Positions 15,179 to 30,294 of a stretch of DNA of 64,000 bases are shown one piece after another. The notes under the pieces are model-generated. The model was not told the DNA's origin, did no database searches, and saw only the letters and a program-made list of their open reading frames with translations. How positions within the stretch are numbered: position 1 is the first letter of the stretch; each line of letters starts with the position of its first letter. Source of the stretch: Eledone cirrhosa (lineage: Eukaryota); contig OZ024742.1 in the NCBI GenBank assembly GCA_964016885.1, forward strand, positions 141,608,001 through 141,672,000, in the 5' to 3' direction. A program made the translations under genes and the position numbers.

Positions 15179-15270
15179 TATATATTGGGTAGTCAAGTAT
15201 GAAATTTGTAGAAATTTGATGAAAAAAAAACAAATATCTACAAATTTCATACTTGACGACCCAATATATA
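15179..15270. repeat. ~40-bp-arm hairpin
   Basis: tatattgggtagtcaagtatgaaatttgtaga ... tctacaaatttcatacttgacgacccaatata. Confidence 0.8.
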
Positions 15271-15572
15271 TGTATACGGTGCTAATTCCAGTTACATAAG
15301 CTGATTAGTTTGAAATAGAAATTAAGTACTGACGTCAATATTATGGAGTAAATTAAACACACATACACACAAACATAAAACTAATAACACAGACAGGCAG
15401 ATTGCGAGGTGGTGTGAACAGGCAAACACAATTTGCTAAGTTTCGTAAGTTTATATAAGTTCCAACACCGCGGGGCTGATGCTGATGGTCTGGTGTTTGA
15501 TGTCCAGTTATTTTCACACTACTTGTCCCCCTTTCCTACTTAATATAATATTCTCCGCACTTTCCCAAATTT

Positions 15573-15632
<60 letters not shown>

Positions 15633-15755
15633 TGAGGACCGAGTAAGTTAGACCGCAGATATAAAAGACAGCGAGAAGCGAAAACCAACCAAACAGTGAG
15701 TGTGTTCTGTTATTAGTTCTGGCAATATTACGCAAATATGACCCTCCCCAAATAT

Positions 15756-15795
<40 letters not shown>

Positions 15796-15800
<5 letters not shown>

Positions 15801-16323
15801 CAATGAAATAAACACAAAGAACAGGTTCCTTATATTGAAAAAAATCATCATTATACGATCGTTTCTGGGATATATATATATGTGTTGTTATGTATATCAT
15901 ATTAAAGATTTATGTAAAAAAATATTACAAATTATCAGAGGAGATATACATACCTTCACCTATATATACCTTCATCTATATATATGCTATCATTTCTGAA
16001 GATGGCATAAATAGGTAAAGGTATGTATATCTCCTCTGATAATTTGTAATATTTTTTTACATAAATCTTTAATATGATATACATACCAACACACATATGT
16101 ATCCCAGAAACGATCGTAAAATGATGATTTTTTTCAATATAAGGAACCTGTTCTTTATTTTTATTTCATTGTTTTATTAATTTATCTTGACTCTGTTTTC
16201 CTATGATTTTTATCGTTAAATTTTGAATGCATTTTCTCTTTTCATGATATCTTCTATATTTGGATTACATTGAGTTCTTCATACGGATTGGACACTACCG
16301 TTTATTTTGGTAGATTTATCTAC
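15796..16323 (+). mobile_element. (TA)n-embedded fold-back mini-element
   Basis: Inverted arms about 15796-15963 and 16011-16177, with (TA)n on both sides. Contains the long-stem-II HHR. Confidence 0.8.
15989..16125 (+). ncRNA. Type I hammerhead ribozyme with ~100-nt stem II insertion
   Basis: atcattt-CTGAAGA-tgg...ggtatgtatatc...gatatacatacc...cca-GAAA-cgatcg-TA-aaatgat. 7-bp stem I, palindromic stem III (acgatcgt), 12-bp helix inside stem II. Confidence 0.75.
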
Positions 16324-16354
<31 letters not shown>

Positions 16355-16360
16355 ATATAT

Positions 16361-16652
16361 ATAAAGAATGATTAATAAAACAGGTAGACATCATAAAAGG
16401 GTAATTTATTCCAAGTGTTTACAAATGTTTCTTTCTCTCTCGCCCTCTGCCTATCTCCTTCCTTCTCTACATCTATTAACCTGCTCTCTGTAGCAATAAA
16501 TAATTCCAAACTTGATAATATCAACACAATGCCTAAGTTGTCACTTTGAGAGTAAGCAGTATAATAAAACCATTTGTTGGACCCCTATCACAGCATTTAG
16601 ATTAAGCTATCTGTATTCTTCAAACCACTCTCTCCCATTTCTCCTACCCCTA

Positions 16653-16724
<72 letters not shown>

Positions 16725-17180
16725 TCACTCTCTCTTTCTCAATCTCTCTCTCTCTCTCTCCCTCTCCCTTTCTGTCTCTCTTCCTTTTCTACTCTATCTT
16801 CCCCAATTACTCACTTTAAGAAATACAAAGAAACCATAATTCAGCCATTCGTTCTGAAGAATTGGTGGTACGAACAGCCTTTGAAAATTGAGTATCTGCA
16901 AATTAATAACTACCAATTTGTATATAGAATGAGTAGGCTGTGTAACTACTAAAGAAACATTTGTAAACACTTGGAATAAATTACCTTTTTATGATGTCTA
17001 CCTGTTTTATTAATCATTCTTTATCTATACTCCGGAATATAGAAGAATCGGAAACCAAGTTTCTTTAACTGTTGTTTTGTAACTCGTTGAGTAACCCCTC
17101 ACCGTACGTCGACTATATCTAGTGTAGTAATTAACCATTACTGCATTCAAGATAATCTTAAGCATTTCTTGCATAACCTA
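16361..17180 (+). mobile_element. (TA)n-embedded PLE-like 3' fragment with inverted 5' copy
   Basis: 16361-16434 is the reverse complement of 16951-17024. HHR-like gtt-CTGAAGA-attggt..accaatt..GAAA-catttg-TA-aac at 16851-16968. Confidence 0.65.
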
Positions 17181-17276
17181 ATATATATATAAGGTTTTTT
17201 GTGTTTGTTTGCATGTAAGGAGCATTGTGACATATCCTTGTGTATATATATATATACATACATACATACATACGTA

Positions 17277-18155
17277 TTAAACCGACACTGTTTAATAAAA
17301 AAACAAATGATGAAATATTACGTGTTATTGACGAAATAGGAGATGAATATTTACGACGGATAAAAACCCCAACATTTTGTCAAATCAACGCCTGTTTATA
17401 TGCCTTAGCAACGACAGTGAAACATTATCTTGGTGATAGCAGAGATATTAACAAGAACAGAACACCACTAAAAATATCATCATATATAACTAAAATAGAA
17501 TAAAAGATTGCTGACCTACGAAAAAACAAAGGATATGTGATAATGCTCCTTACATGCAAACAAACACAAAAAAACTGGTGGAATGTTCCAGTAAAAACCC
17601 CAATAAAATGCAGGCATAACAGACCAGATATTATGATATGGGATAGGGAGAAGAAAGCATGCACAGTAGTGGAAATTAGCTGCCCAGCAGATGCCAATAT
17701 AATATCAAAGATTAGTGAAAAGGAGAATATTTATGCAGAACTGATGAGAAGTCTGCAGATACTCCACCCTGATTACACCATCAGATTTATGCCTGTGATT
17801 ATTGGGGCACTGGGGTATGTTAGTAACTGCCTCAATACTAATCTTGAGAAGCTAGGCTTCACAGGAACAGAAAGAACACAACTAGTTAGGAAATTACAAG
17901 TACACTCCATTAATGGAACAGCAAAAAATATGTAAAACATTCCAAAAATTTTGCATCTAATAACTGCATATACACATGCACACATACAACTCAAAACATA
18001 CACATCCATACATACAATAACATCCCTATCTACACATGCATATATACATAATCTACCTAGTTGATGTGTAAATTCCAATGAGAGAGTCTTGTGTCTACGT
18101 TAGAAACCGACTCTCTCTCTATTGGTAAAACTTTGTGAAATTATAAAACCAGAAG

Positions 18156-18158
<3 letters not shown>
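17277..18158 (+). mobile_element. R4/Dong LINE, internally deleted copy
   Basis: N-terminal remnant (INACLYALA..KIE*KIADLRK) fused to the REL domain RPDIMIWD..VVEISCP..KENIY. 3' UTR matches 45601-45848 and ends in (ACAT)n. Confidence 0.85.
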
Positions 18159-18235
<77 letters not shown>

Positions 18236-18349
18236 TATGCAGGGAAAGAGAGATAGAGATAGATAGATAATGAAATAAATATGATATATGCAGAAATTAA
18301 CAAATACATACTCAGTGTTCTATATAACTTTCATTATTTCATTGCCATA

Positions 18350-18540
18350 GGGCGGTGGAATGCCAGTATCGGTAGAGCATCAGACACCATGCTTTTCAGC
18401 ATCGAGTTATGGCCCTTAACGTTCTGAGTTCACATCCCGCCGAGGTTAGCTTTTCCTTTCATTCTTATGGGGGTCGATAAAATGCAACACCAGTAAAGCA
18501 CTGGGGTAATTGCTGGCATGGTGCCTGAAGTAAAACAAGT
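18350..18540 (+). mobile_element. tRNA-derived SINE, family A
   Basis: ggcggtggaatgccagtatcggtag head, gttcacatcc B box, ggggtcgataaaat core. Confidence 0.8.
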
Positions 18541-18659
18541 GTTACATTGCCATATCGCAATTTAAACTATCTACTCTATATCATTAACATACACTCACGC
18601 GCAGGCTATGCAAATATATATATATACATGATACATAAAACAGTTAGGAATATGAGCGT

Positions 18660-18835
18660 GTAGACCTGGGAAAGAAAATTACACTTTCTCCAGATCATTC
18701 AATCACTCTTGAGGCCTGACATGGCCATACCGTCTGAAGAGGTGAAGATCACTCTGGTCGAACGAGTGGTCCTGTTGGAAGACTGATGTGAGGAAATTTA
18801 GAAGAGGAAGGTCACCAAATATTAGGACCTTAGCA
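18660..18835 (+). pseudogene. REL endonuclease remnant of a Hero/NeSL-type LINE
   Basis: Decayed reading DLGKK...LRPDMAI.SEEVKITLVE..V..ED..EE...RK.TKY.DL resembles the RPD..ELTVPWEE..RK..KY signature. Confidence 0.55.
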
Positions 18836-20669
18836 AAAAGCCTACCTACTTCTAGTTGTGGTTGGCTGCAGGGCTTTTCCCGGTACCTGTCTGTGTGGCA
18901 GAAGCTTGCAGCTCTGGGAATAGCAAGTAGGGACAGAAAGAGCGCTGTTCAAAAGTTGTGGTAGTCTCCGGAAATTGTCTTTTGCAAGCGTTGGAATAGC
19001 TGGGAGTAAGTAACCAGTCATATATAATATACAAAGGATCGCAAAATTTAATACACTATATTAAAACAAGTTAAAAATGTCGTACCTGGAATAATTGCGA
19101 TTAAGGACCAACCTGCGATGAAAGTTTGAGAAACTGCTTCTTGGGTTGGATCAATGTCTTTGGCTATCTTTCACCCCGATTACCTTCTGCAAACTAAGCT
19201 CACCGAGTTTCGTCAGTGAGCATCTTGTGAGGAGTGGTTTGTTAGTGCATATATGATAGATTTGAATTATTGTTTTTTACCAGTTGTCTATCATTTTTGT
19301 GTTCGAAATAATTTCCCCATATTCACGTCTTTTATTAGCATTATATTCCTCTCCTTCTACTTCAACGCATAAAAATTCCATTAGGTTTTCTATATTGATT
19401 CTGAAAATCATGTAGCCCAAAACACTACTTGGGGGCGGGAGTTACGACTCTACGAGGGACTTTTCAAGTTTTTTGTTTGCCTTTTATCTGTGCTCAAACT
19501 TTTTATTTTGTGGCATCTTCTATCTTTTCTCACTGTCTGCGACAATTCTTCACCTCCTCATCAACGCATGACGATATTGCTGTTACCCGTAGCTTCTGTC
19601 CAGTTCCGGGCATGGGGCAGCAAACCCCCTCCCATGGTTTCTCTGCTTTCTACCCCGACGATGGCCACAGGTACTTATTGTACAGAGGACTGAGTAATCT
19701 CTTTTGATTCCGCTGTGGTGATTATTATGTTGGGAGCTATCAGAAGGTGTATGTTCATGCAGACAGCACTTGACCACATGTTGCAAGCCACCTGTAGGTG
19801 CAGCTTTACTGGGCTGTCACAGCTGAGGAAGAAGATGATGATTGCAAGGATGATGAAGATGATGGCAAGGATGATAATAATGAAGATGCTGATGATGAAG
19901 ATGCTGAATGTAATAACGGTGGTGGTGGTGGTGATGATGATGATGATGATGATGATAATTGCGGAGAAATATTGCAGTGGCATTTTTTATTGCTTATTTT
20001 TCTTTCCTCCTTTCATTCTCATTGTTACGATGTCAGGAAATGAAATGAAGTTTATTGAAAAATTTCACGGTCAACTAAACCCTACTACAATCGTTTTTTC
20101 CCCCTCTTTCCTTCCAAACAAATAAGCGAACACAATTAAATCTTTGATCAACTTATCATGTGATAGTTACGTTATATTGACTAATTAAATTTGCTGTCGC
20201 TTAATTAGTCAACAATAATTATGAGCTTTGTATTGTATTGTTTGTATAATATTCTATAATAGACTGAATGATAAATCTAAAGCTATGCAGTTGTGTTTGC
20301 TGAAGCATAAAGAAACTTTCACCAGACTGCTGTGTTTCATGTGAGAGTCTGATGCAATGCATATCCATCCATCCATTCCTCTGTCTATCTGTCTGTCTAT
20401 GCATCTATACATACATAAATGCACGCAGTCACACACACTCATATACACACACATACACATACACATACTCTCACTCTCACATTGGCAACCTTAGAATCAA
20501 AGAAGCAATACTAATAGCTAAGCTTAGCCCACAAATCAACAAATGATTAGAAACCAGCACGCAATATTTATAAAACGCATACACGTAACTTTTGGCATAA
20601 TATCGCACACACACACACACACACAATAGCCAACTTAAACAGAGAATTACTAGACACAGAGCATTTGAC

Positions 20670-20795
<126 letters not shown>

Positions 20796-21064
20796 AAACA
20801 CACAATCCAAACACACGACTCAATCCACTATAGCTAACATCCAAACGATTACAGCTTGACACAACATTTGCATCGAAATAAATTGATATAAAACAAGAAA
20901 AAGCACACAATATTTGACAGGAACATGCACACTGACACATACAAAACATTAAAGACGTGTCAGTCTACAGAGGGCGTTATCCTCCCATTACTTCCGGTAG
21001 CTATAAATAGCCCACTGCTTGCAAACAAAGAAAATAAGATGGCGTCCCTATAACATCGGGACTA

Positions 21065-21579
<515 letters not shown>

Positions 21580-21813
21580 AGTATGTATACGTACATACAT
21601 ATATGTATACAAACACACCGAGCATTATAATAAATGTGCGGTGAATCCATACGTACATATATATATGTGTGCATGTATGTATATATATATATACATACTA
21701 CTGTACGTCTGTATACATATATGTATGTACGTATAGATACTTATATTTAAGTAACAGCCGTACTAAGAGTGAGAAATGAAATTTCGTTTCATTTTTTCCG
21801 TTTATATATATAT

Positions 21814-21844
<31 letters not shown>

Positions 21845-22023
21845 CACGATATTAACAAATGGAAACTATATTTATAAAACCATATTTATTTCATTATACA
21901 TATTTCAAGAACACCAAGTTAAATTATGCTGTGCTTTCATCAGATAAAATATAATATAGATCAGTTTTACAAATAAATATTGACATACCCTTAAAGAATG
22001 CAACCATTACTGTTGGAAGCTCC

Positions 22024-22075
<52 letters not shown>

Positions 22076-22287
22076 CAAGAGCTGAAAAATATCTTTTAAC
22101 ATGTTAAAATATCCCCACTCACTTACAGACACATTGCTACTGACCATCCCTCTACCACGAATTACTCTGCTACACACACACACACACACTTCTCTTAATA
22201 GGCATTTGAACTGTCAATAGGCTGCGGTTCGCACACACATCCCTGCTGTCCATTATCACAACAACGAACACTTTACTACTACTACTA

Positions 22288-22379
<92 letters not shown>

Positions 22380-22429
22380 TTGTTGTGAAAGAGTCATTTC
22401 TCAGTCAGCCGACACAAACCTACATTTGG

Positions 22430-22821
22430 AACAAAATCAATTTTTTACATTCACATGACCTCTACCGACCAATCAAAATTGTTTTGACCACAAGAATTTT
22501 TGCAACACAAATTGGCGCAAAACTTATTTTAATACCGCTGGAGCCACTTTTTTAACATAAAAACAGGTAGAATTCCCAAAACTAATCAGATCAGAGCAAA
22601 CATCACGGACGCTCTATCTCAAAATTATTTTTGAAAAGCATTAGAAATGCACAACCGGTAAAACTTAAAACCAAAACTGAATACTAACCAATACAATTAC
22701 TAATTCTCACTTATTCCTAATTAAACTATTTTTCACTGTGAACAATTTGTCAGCATTTTCTATTCCGTTTACTAATATATAATAACTTGTGTGTTACAGC
22801 TCTATTCTTTTAAATAAATAA

Positions 22822-22830
<9 letters not shown>
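22430..22830 (+). mobile_element. Interspersed repeat ending at (TA)n; opposite-strand copy at 26508-26835
   Basis: About 330 bp of clear reverse-complement homology with 26508-26835. Its 3' tip is reiterated at 22796-23125 and 23762-23810. Confidence 0.75.
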
Positions 22831-22879
<49 letters not shown>

Positions 22880-22976
22880 CTATATATATATTTATTATAT
22901 ATATAGCTATATATATATTTATTTATTTAAAAGAATAGAGCTATATATATATATATAGCTCTATTCTTTTAAATAA

Positions 22977-23018
<42 letters not shown>

Positions 23019-23040
23019 TTATTTATTTAAAAGAATAGAG

Positions 23041-23102
<62 letters not shown>

Positions 23103-23120
23103 CTCTATTCTTTTAAATAA

Positions 23121-23768
<648 letters not shown>

Positions 23769-23834
23769 TTATTTATTTAAAAGAATTGAGCTGTAACGCA
23801 CAAGTTATTACATATGTATATATATATATATAAA

Positions 23835-24022
23835 GGGCGGTGGATTGGCAGTATCGGTAGAGGTCGGATTTCATGCTTTGATGTATAGAGTTACGGCCCT
23901 TGCCATTCTGAGTTCAAATCCCGCCGAGGTTAACTTTGTCTTTCATCCTTACGGGGTCGATAAAATAAAGTACCAGTAATGTTCTGGGTAATTGCTGGCC
24001 TTGTGCCAAAAGTAGAAACAAT

Positions 24023-24025
<3 letters not shown>
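23835..24025 (+). mobile_element. tRNA-derived SINE, family A (full length)
   Basis: A box tggcagtatcggt, B box gttcaaatcc, core ctttcatccttacggggtcgataaaataaagtaccag, tail gtgccaaaagtagaaacaattat. Confidence 0.88.
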
Positions 24026-24053
<28 letters not shown>

Positions 24054-24282
24054 TAAAATAACAGATTAAAGTTTAACTCTTTGGATTTTAGTCTTCAAAT
24101 TTATTATTATTACTATATATATATATATAGAGAGATTTTTAGTATATGTTGGTTGTATACCAACACCTCAATATGCAGTCTGGAGCACTCGACGAAGTGC
24201 GCAGGTTGGTTTGGTTACTCCGGAGTAATGTAAAATAAAGTAAAATAAAAAGTCAAATGTTTAAAATTTAGCTTCGTTTATT

Positions 24283-24337
24283 ACTGCTATATATATTTCG
24301 GTGACAGCCATCTTTGGCTGTGACCTCTTCAGGCAGT
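24283..24337 (-). ncRNA. Type I hammerhead ribozyme
   Basis: Minus strand actgc-CTGAAGA-ggtcacagcca(aaga)tggctgtcacc-GAAA-tatata-TA-gcagt. Confidence 0.85.
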
Positions 24338-24567
24338 CCGAATTAGTGTGGTATAGACAAGTACATATGTTGTTGAGGTGTATAATTTTGTCAATACTCT
24401 GATATGCCCAGTTCCTGGTTGGGTTGTTATTTCTCTGAGGAACTGGAATTATATGATTCCAGTTCCTCAGAGAAACAACAACCCAACCAGGAACTGGGCA
24501 TATCAGAGTATTGACAAAATTATACACCTCAACAACATATGTACTTGTCTATACCACACTAATTAGG

Positions 24568-24622
24568 ACTGCCTGAAGAGGTCACAGCCATCTTTGGCTG
24601 TGACCGAAATATATATAGCAGT
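24568..24622 (+). ncRNA. Type I hammerhead ribozyme
   Basis: actgc-CTGAAGA-ggtcacagcca(tctt)tggctgtgacc-GAAA-tatata-TA-gcagt. 11-bp perfect stem II, 5-bp stem I. Confidence 0.88.
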
Positions 24623-24682
24623 AATAAATATATATAGCAGTAATAAACGAAGCTAAATTTTAAACATTTGACTTTTTATTAT

Positions 24683-24750
<68 letters not shown>

Positions 24751-24939
24751 GAACATTACTAGAAATCCCATATCTACGAACTACGAACATACACTATACA
24801 ATTACCGATTTCCGAACTCCCCCTTTATTCTCCTCCCGCTCCTAAAAATTTAAGCAAATGTCATCCCCACCCTGCTTATTCCAACCACTCCCTATTATTT
24901 AGGACCCGAGAATACTCCAAGTCAACAATCCAGCTCTCT

Positions 24940-25330
24940 GGTGGGTGTTTTTCTGCAATGGTCGGTACAAGTCTCAAACATAGTCATATGTGTTGACACT
25001 ACTTGGACCGATGATGCATCCAGGTTGTCTTCAGCATGTCATTCTGTTGAAAAGGGGTAATGGTGTGTCACTGGCCCACGGACGTGCTGTCTTCTCTCTC
25101 TGGTTTTTCTACCACTACTACCGATGTCTGCTTCTCGGAACTGGATAATCTTGTGCTACTTCACTCACGCGTTGCCAAATTCCACACCTCCTCTCATCAT
25201 ATCAATCATGTTGGGTTAAATCCTCCGATCCCTTCACCAATCATTAGCTGGACATTCCTTGCTTAGATCGTTGGCTCTCTGGAATTTCCTATCTACTCAA
25301 GTCTTTTCTCTAGGTGTCGACTTGCAAATG
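24940..25330 (-). pseudogene. Highly decayed RTE-like LINE 3' fragment
   Basis: Minus strand shows remnants resembling RR..FG..V and K..R.RQ..RW of RTE C-termini; heavily disrupted. Confidence 0.35.
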
Positions 25331-25559
25331 TGTAAGCGGAATATAAACGACACAATGACTCTCCGGTCCTGGAGTGACTGTGAACGCAATGGGTACAACC
25401 CCTTCTTCTAAACCTAATAATTAATATATATATATATATACTAGTGCAAACACAGTATTTTAAAGAAAATGTCTTTTGTATTGATACCATATGTTTCTAT
25501 AGTATATATGTAAATAAGACACCATGTTCAAAATACGCCGTCAGTCAATATAGCGCTCC

Positions 25560-25775
25560 TACGACTCTCTCGTGAGTTAAAAGACCTTTATCAGTGCATT
25601 GGTTAACTATGAAGGAGGGATGCTAAAGCTATGAAATCTTGCATGCATTAATTTCAACTCTTTATACTGATAACAGGATTGTTTCTTTCCAGGGACTATG
25701 TTGAAAAATAAACCTCATTTGGTCTTTCCATGAGAGTATCTTAGTGAGCCTATGAACTTTTCAGTCGACCTTTGC
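25560..25775. mobile_element. Tc1/mariner-type MITE (decayed), inverse homologue of 62379-62575
   Basis: Shared blocks tgaaatcttgcatgcattaatttc, ctatgttg.aaaataaa.ctcatttgg and gagtatctt in reverse complement. Confidence 0.6.
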
Positions 25776-26067
25776 TGGAAATAGCAATAGAAATATGGTC
25801 CCTGATTTGTGAAGGCAATTCAATAAAGTTAATCGATAGAAGACCTCATTATCTATGTCACGTTTATATGCTCTTAAAGGATCACGATATATTTATTTAG
25901 TCGCTGTTATGTCTAACGATGAGGTAGCCGAAGTATTGTATAAATCGTAAGATTAGATCTAAATTTGACACCCTTATCAGTAGTTTAATTTAACGGTTCT
26001 TTAAACTCTAAGGTTAAAGAGGAATGGGCGTTAGTGGCACCTGTCTATTACCACAAAGACATCGATA

Positions 26068-26272
26068 GCTTAGGCACAAGCCAGAAAATTAGAAGAAAGG
26101 AAAAGTTGATTGAATCAGACCCAGTACTTGGATGGAACTCCATTTTATCGACCCTGGAAGGATGAAAGGTAAAGTTGACTTCGGCGTTTTTTAACTTAGA
26201 ATGTAAAGAGCGAGAACAAATTCTGCAATAACATTTTATACACTACTCTACCAACATTACTAATCCACCAGC
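26068..26272 (-). mobile_element. tRNA-derived SINE, family A variant
   Basis: ttaggcacaagccag..ttttatcgaccc..ggatgaaaggtaaagttgacttcggc..taatccacc. Confidence 0.7.
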
Positions 26273-26473
26273 TTCTTTCTGGCATATAATACAGATATCT
26301 CTCTCTTTATATATCTGAATTAGCATCGCAAAAACAAAACAAAACACACAACAGTAATGCCGAACTCCATGAACACCGCATGGGAGAAGAACAAGGTTTA
26401 GGAAGCTCTAATTGAAAAATAACACAAACATAAACATATACCCCCCCCCCTCGTGTGCGCACACTCATACATG

Positions 26474-26511
<38 letters not shown>

Positions 26512-26853
26512 TAAACGGAATAGAAAATGCTGACAAATTGTTCACAGTTGAAAAATGGTTTAATTAGGAATAAAAGAGTATTAGTGATTGTATGGGTTAG
26601 TATTCAGTTGTGGTTTTAAGTTTTTAAGTTTTTACCGGTTGCGCATTTCTAAATGCTTTTCAAAAATAATTTTGAGATAGAGTGTCCGTGCTGTTTGCTC
26701 TGACCTGATTAGTTTTGGGAATTCTACCTGTTTTTATGTTAAAAAAGTGGCTCCAGCGTTATTTTTGTGTTGCAAAAATGCTTGTGGTCAAAACAATTTT
26801 GATTGGTCGGTAGAGGTCATGTGAATGTAAAAAGTTGATTTTACACCTCTATT

Positions 26854-27412
<559 letters not shown>

Positions 27413-27485
27413 CGGAGGAAATGTGGTAAGGAACCAGGTGGACCATAACGCACCAAAGTACTCAATACTTAGGGTAGTAGAGTGG

Positions 27486-27536
<51 letters not shown>

Positions 27537-28221
27537 CATACATATATATATGTGTTTGTGTGTATTAAAAGCAAACAAGAACAGACCCTTACATTTCTAT
27601 GTTGTATGTACACTTTAGAAGGAAAACATTGACGTTTGGCCACCTGCCTATCTTCTGCAGCCTTCTGTAAGAATTTTAAAGAACTAATTTCCATCTGAAT
27701 CTAGAGCCAATCTAAATTACACACATTTCTAATTCTCTCTCTCCCCACCTCTTTTTATCATATACATGCATATACCTATATGCATGCATATTTACGCTTG
27801 TACGCGCATGCACTCAGAAACACACTCACACACTCACATATCCCCTTCAATATTGTTCTCGTTCTACACCTCCTTCCTATCCATCACTCTACCTTCTCCC
27901 CCTCCCCCACACACGACAATAAACGTATAAATATAAGTATATTGTAACCGTATATATTTGATATCTGTATTATACTTTTATTAAGTGAAAAAAATATATT
28001 AATAGCTTTGCTATTCCTGCAAAATACATACGTGCAAACGGACACACAGTACGCATATAGGTATAAATATTTATGTGTGTATATCCTATCCTATCTATTT
28101 ATCTATCTAGCTATATATATATATATATATTTATATACATATACATATATATATATGTGTGTGTGTGAGTATATATATGTATATTTATGTATATATATAA
28201 GCATCTATATATGTGAATATA

Positions 28222-28274
<53 letters not shown>

Positions 28275-28287
28275 GTATATGTATATA

Positions 28288-28373
<86 letters not shown>

Positions 28374-28458
28374 ATATATATATGTATATATATATGTATT
28401 TATATATATATGTATATATATATGTATATATATATATGTATATATGTATATATATGTG

Positions 28459-28491
<33 letters not shown>

Positions 28492-28607
28492 GCATATATA
28501 TATATATACATATGTATATATATGCATATATATGTATGTATGTATATATATATATATATATACATACATATATATATATATATGCACACATACATACAGA
28601 TACACAC

Positions 28608-28705
<98 letters not shown>

Positions 28706-28834
28706 GTGTGTGTATTATCTTCTTTACTGCACATCCTTTCATTTTGCAACGTCAGATTAAAGTTCCATGAGGAGTTACGCACGAAAATCGATAATAAATC
28801 AAACAGTAGTAGAACATAGTTAACAGCATCAACA

Positions 28835-29660
28835 TCACTCATCATCATCATCTGCATCATCTTCTACATCGTCACCACTACCACCACCACCACCTCCAGC
28901 AGCAGCAGCAGCAGCAGCAGCAGCGCCATCAACTCCACCGTCACCGCCACCATCAACGTCACCACCTCTAATCATCACCACTACCACCACCACCACCACC
29001 ACCGCCGCCGCCGCCATCACTCCCAGTATTTTTACCACCATCATCACCGCCGCCTCCACCATCACCACCATCACCACAAACCGCCACCGTCACCACCATC
29101 ACCACAAACCGCCACCGTCACTATCACCACCATCATCACCACCACCTCCACCATCAACCACCATCACCACAAACCACCACCATCATCACCACCACCTCCG
29201 CCATCACCACTATCACCACCATCATCGCCATCACCACCATCACCACTATCACCACAAACCGCCACCGTACTACCACCACCACCTTCACCAACACCTCCAC
29301 CATCACCACCATCACCACAAACTGCCACCGTACTATCACCACCACCATCACCACCACCTCCACCATCACCACCATCACCACCACCTCCGCCATCACCACC
29401 ATCACCACCATCACCACAAACCGCCACCGTCACTATCACCGCCACCAGCATTGCCACCACTACCACCACCACCTTCACCACCATCACCACCACCTCCACC
29501 ATCACCACCACCTCCACCATCACCACCATCACCACAAACCGCCACCGTCACTATCCCCGTCACCAGCATTGCCACCACTACCACCACCACCTTCATCACC
29601 AATAACATTATCGGCATCATCATCATGGCCATAAGTATCATCTTCAACATCGACAACGAC
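28835..29660. repeat. Degenerate (CAC/CAT)n triplet array with recurring accacaaaccgccaccgt unit
   Basis: Low-complexity sequence with a higher-order unit repeated about 7 times; followed by (ATGT)n at 29719-30294. Confidence 0.85.
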
Positions 29661-29823
29661 ACGCTCTCTCTTTTGTTGACTTACACCTTAGCATGCGCTT
29701 ATCTTCATGTCTCTGCCTGTATGTATGTATGTATGTATGTATGTATGTATGTATGTATGTATGTATGTATGTATGTATGTATGTATGTATGTATGTGTGT
29801 ATGTATGTATGTAAGTATGTATG

Positions 29824-29854
<31 letters not shown>

Positions 29855-29981
29855 GTATGTATGTATGTATGTATGTATGTAAGTATGTATGTATGTATGT
29901 ATGTATGTATGTATGTATGCATGCATGCATGCATGTATGTATGTATGTATGTATGTATGTATGTATGTATGTATGTATGTA

Positions 29982-30016
<35 letters not shown>

Positions 30017-30294
30017 ATGCATGTATGTATGTATGTATGCATGCATGCATGTATGTATGTATGTATGTATGTATGCATGTATGTATGTATGTATGCATGT
30101 ATGTATGTATGTATGTATGTATGTATGTATGCATATATGTACGTATGTATGTATATCTGTATATCTGTATGTCTGTATGTGTGTGTGTCTGTCTGTATAT
30201 CTGTATATCTGTATGTCTGTCTGTCTGTCTGTATGTATGTATGTATGTATGTATGTATGTATGTATATATGTACGTATGTATGTATGTATGTAT

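Larger units (their letters stand above)
24237..24688. repeat. ~210-bp-arm palindrome carrying two outward-facing hammerheads
   Basis: Centre ggaat-tatatg-attcc at about 24445-24460. Arms near-identical; the right arm has a ~19-bp tandem duplication. Whole insert lies between (TA)n tracts. Confidence 0.92.

Noticed and set aside
18734-18765. CTGAAGAG motif as a hammerhead
   Set aside because: No properly placed GAAA or stems; it falls within the REL endonuclease remnant.
19798-20043. Acidic D/E-rich ORF
   Set aside because: Degenerate (GAT/GGT)n triplet repeat.
23835-23930. tRNA gene
   Set aside because: A and B boxes belong to a multi-copy SINE head; no cloverleaf.
28835-29660. Gly/Asp-rich or Pro-rich structural protein ORFs
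   Set aside because: Low-complexity triplet array open in several frames, with no splice or domain support.
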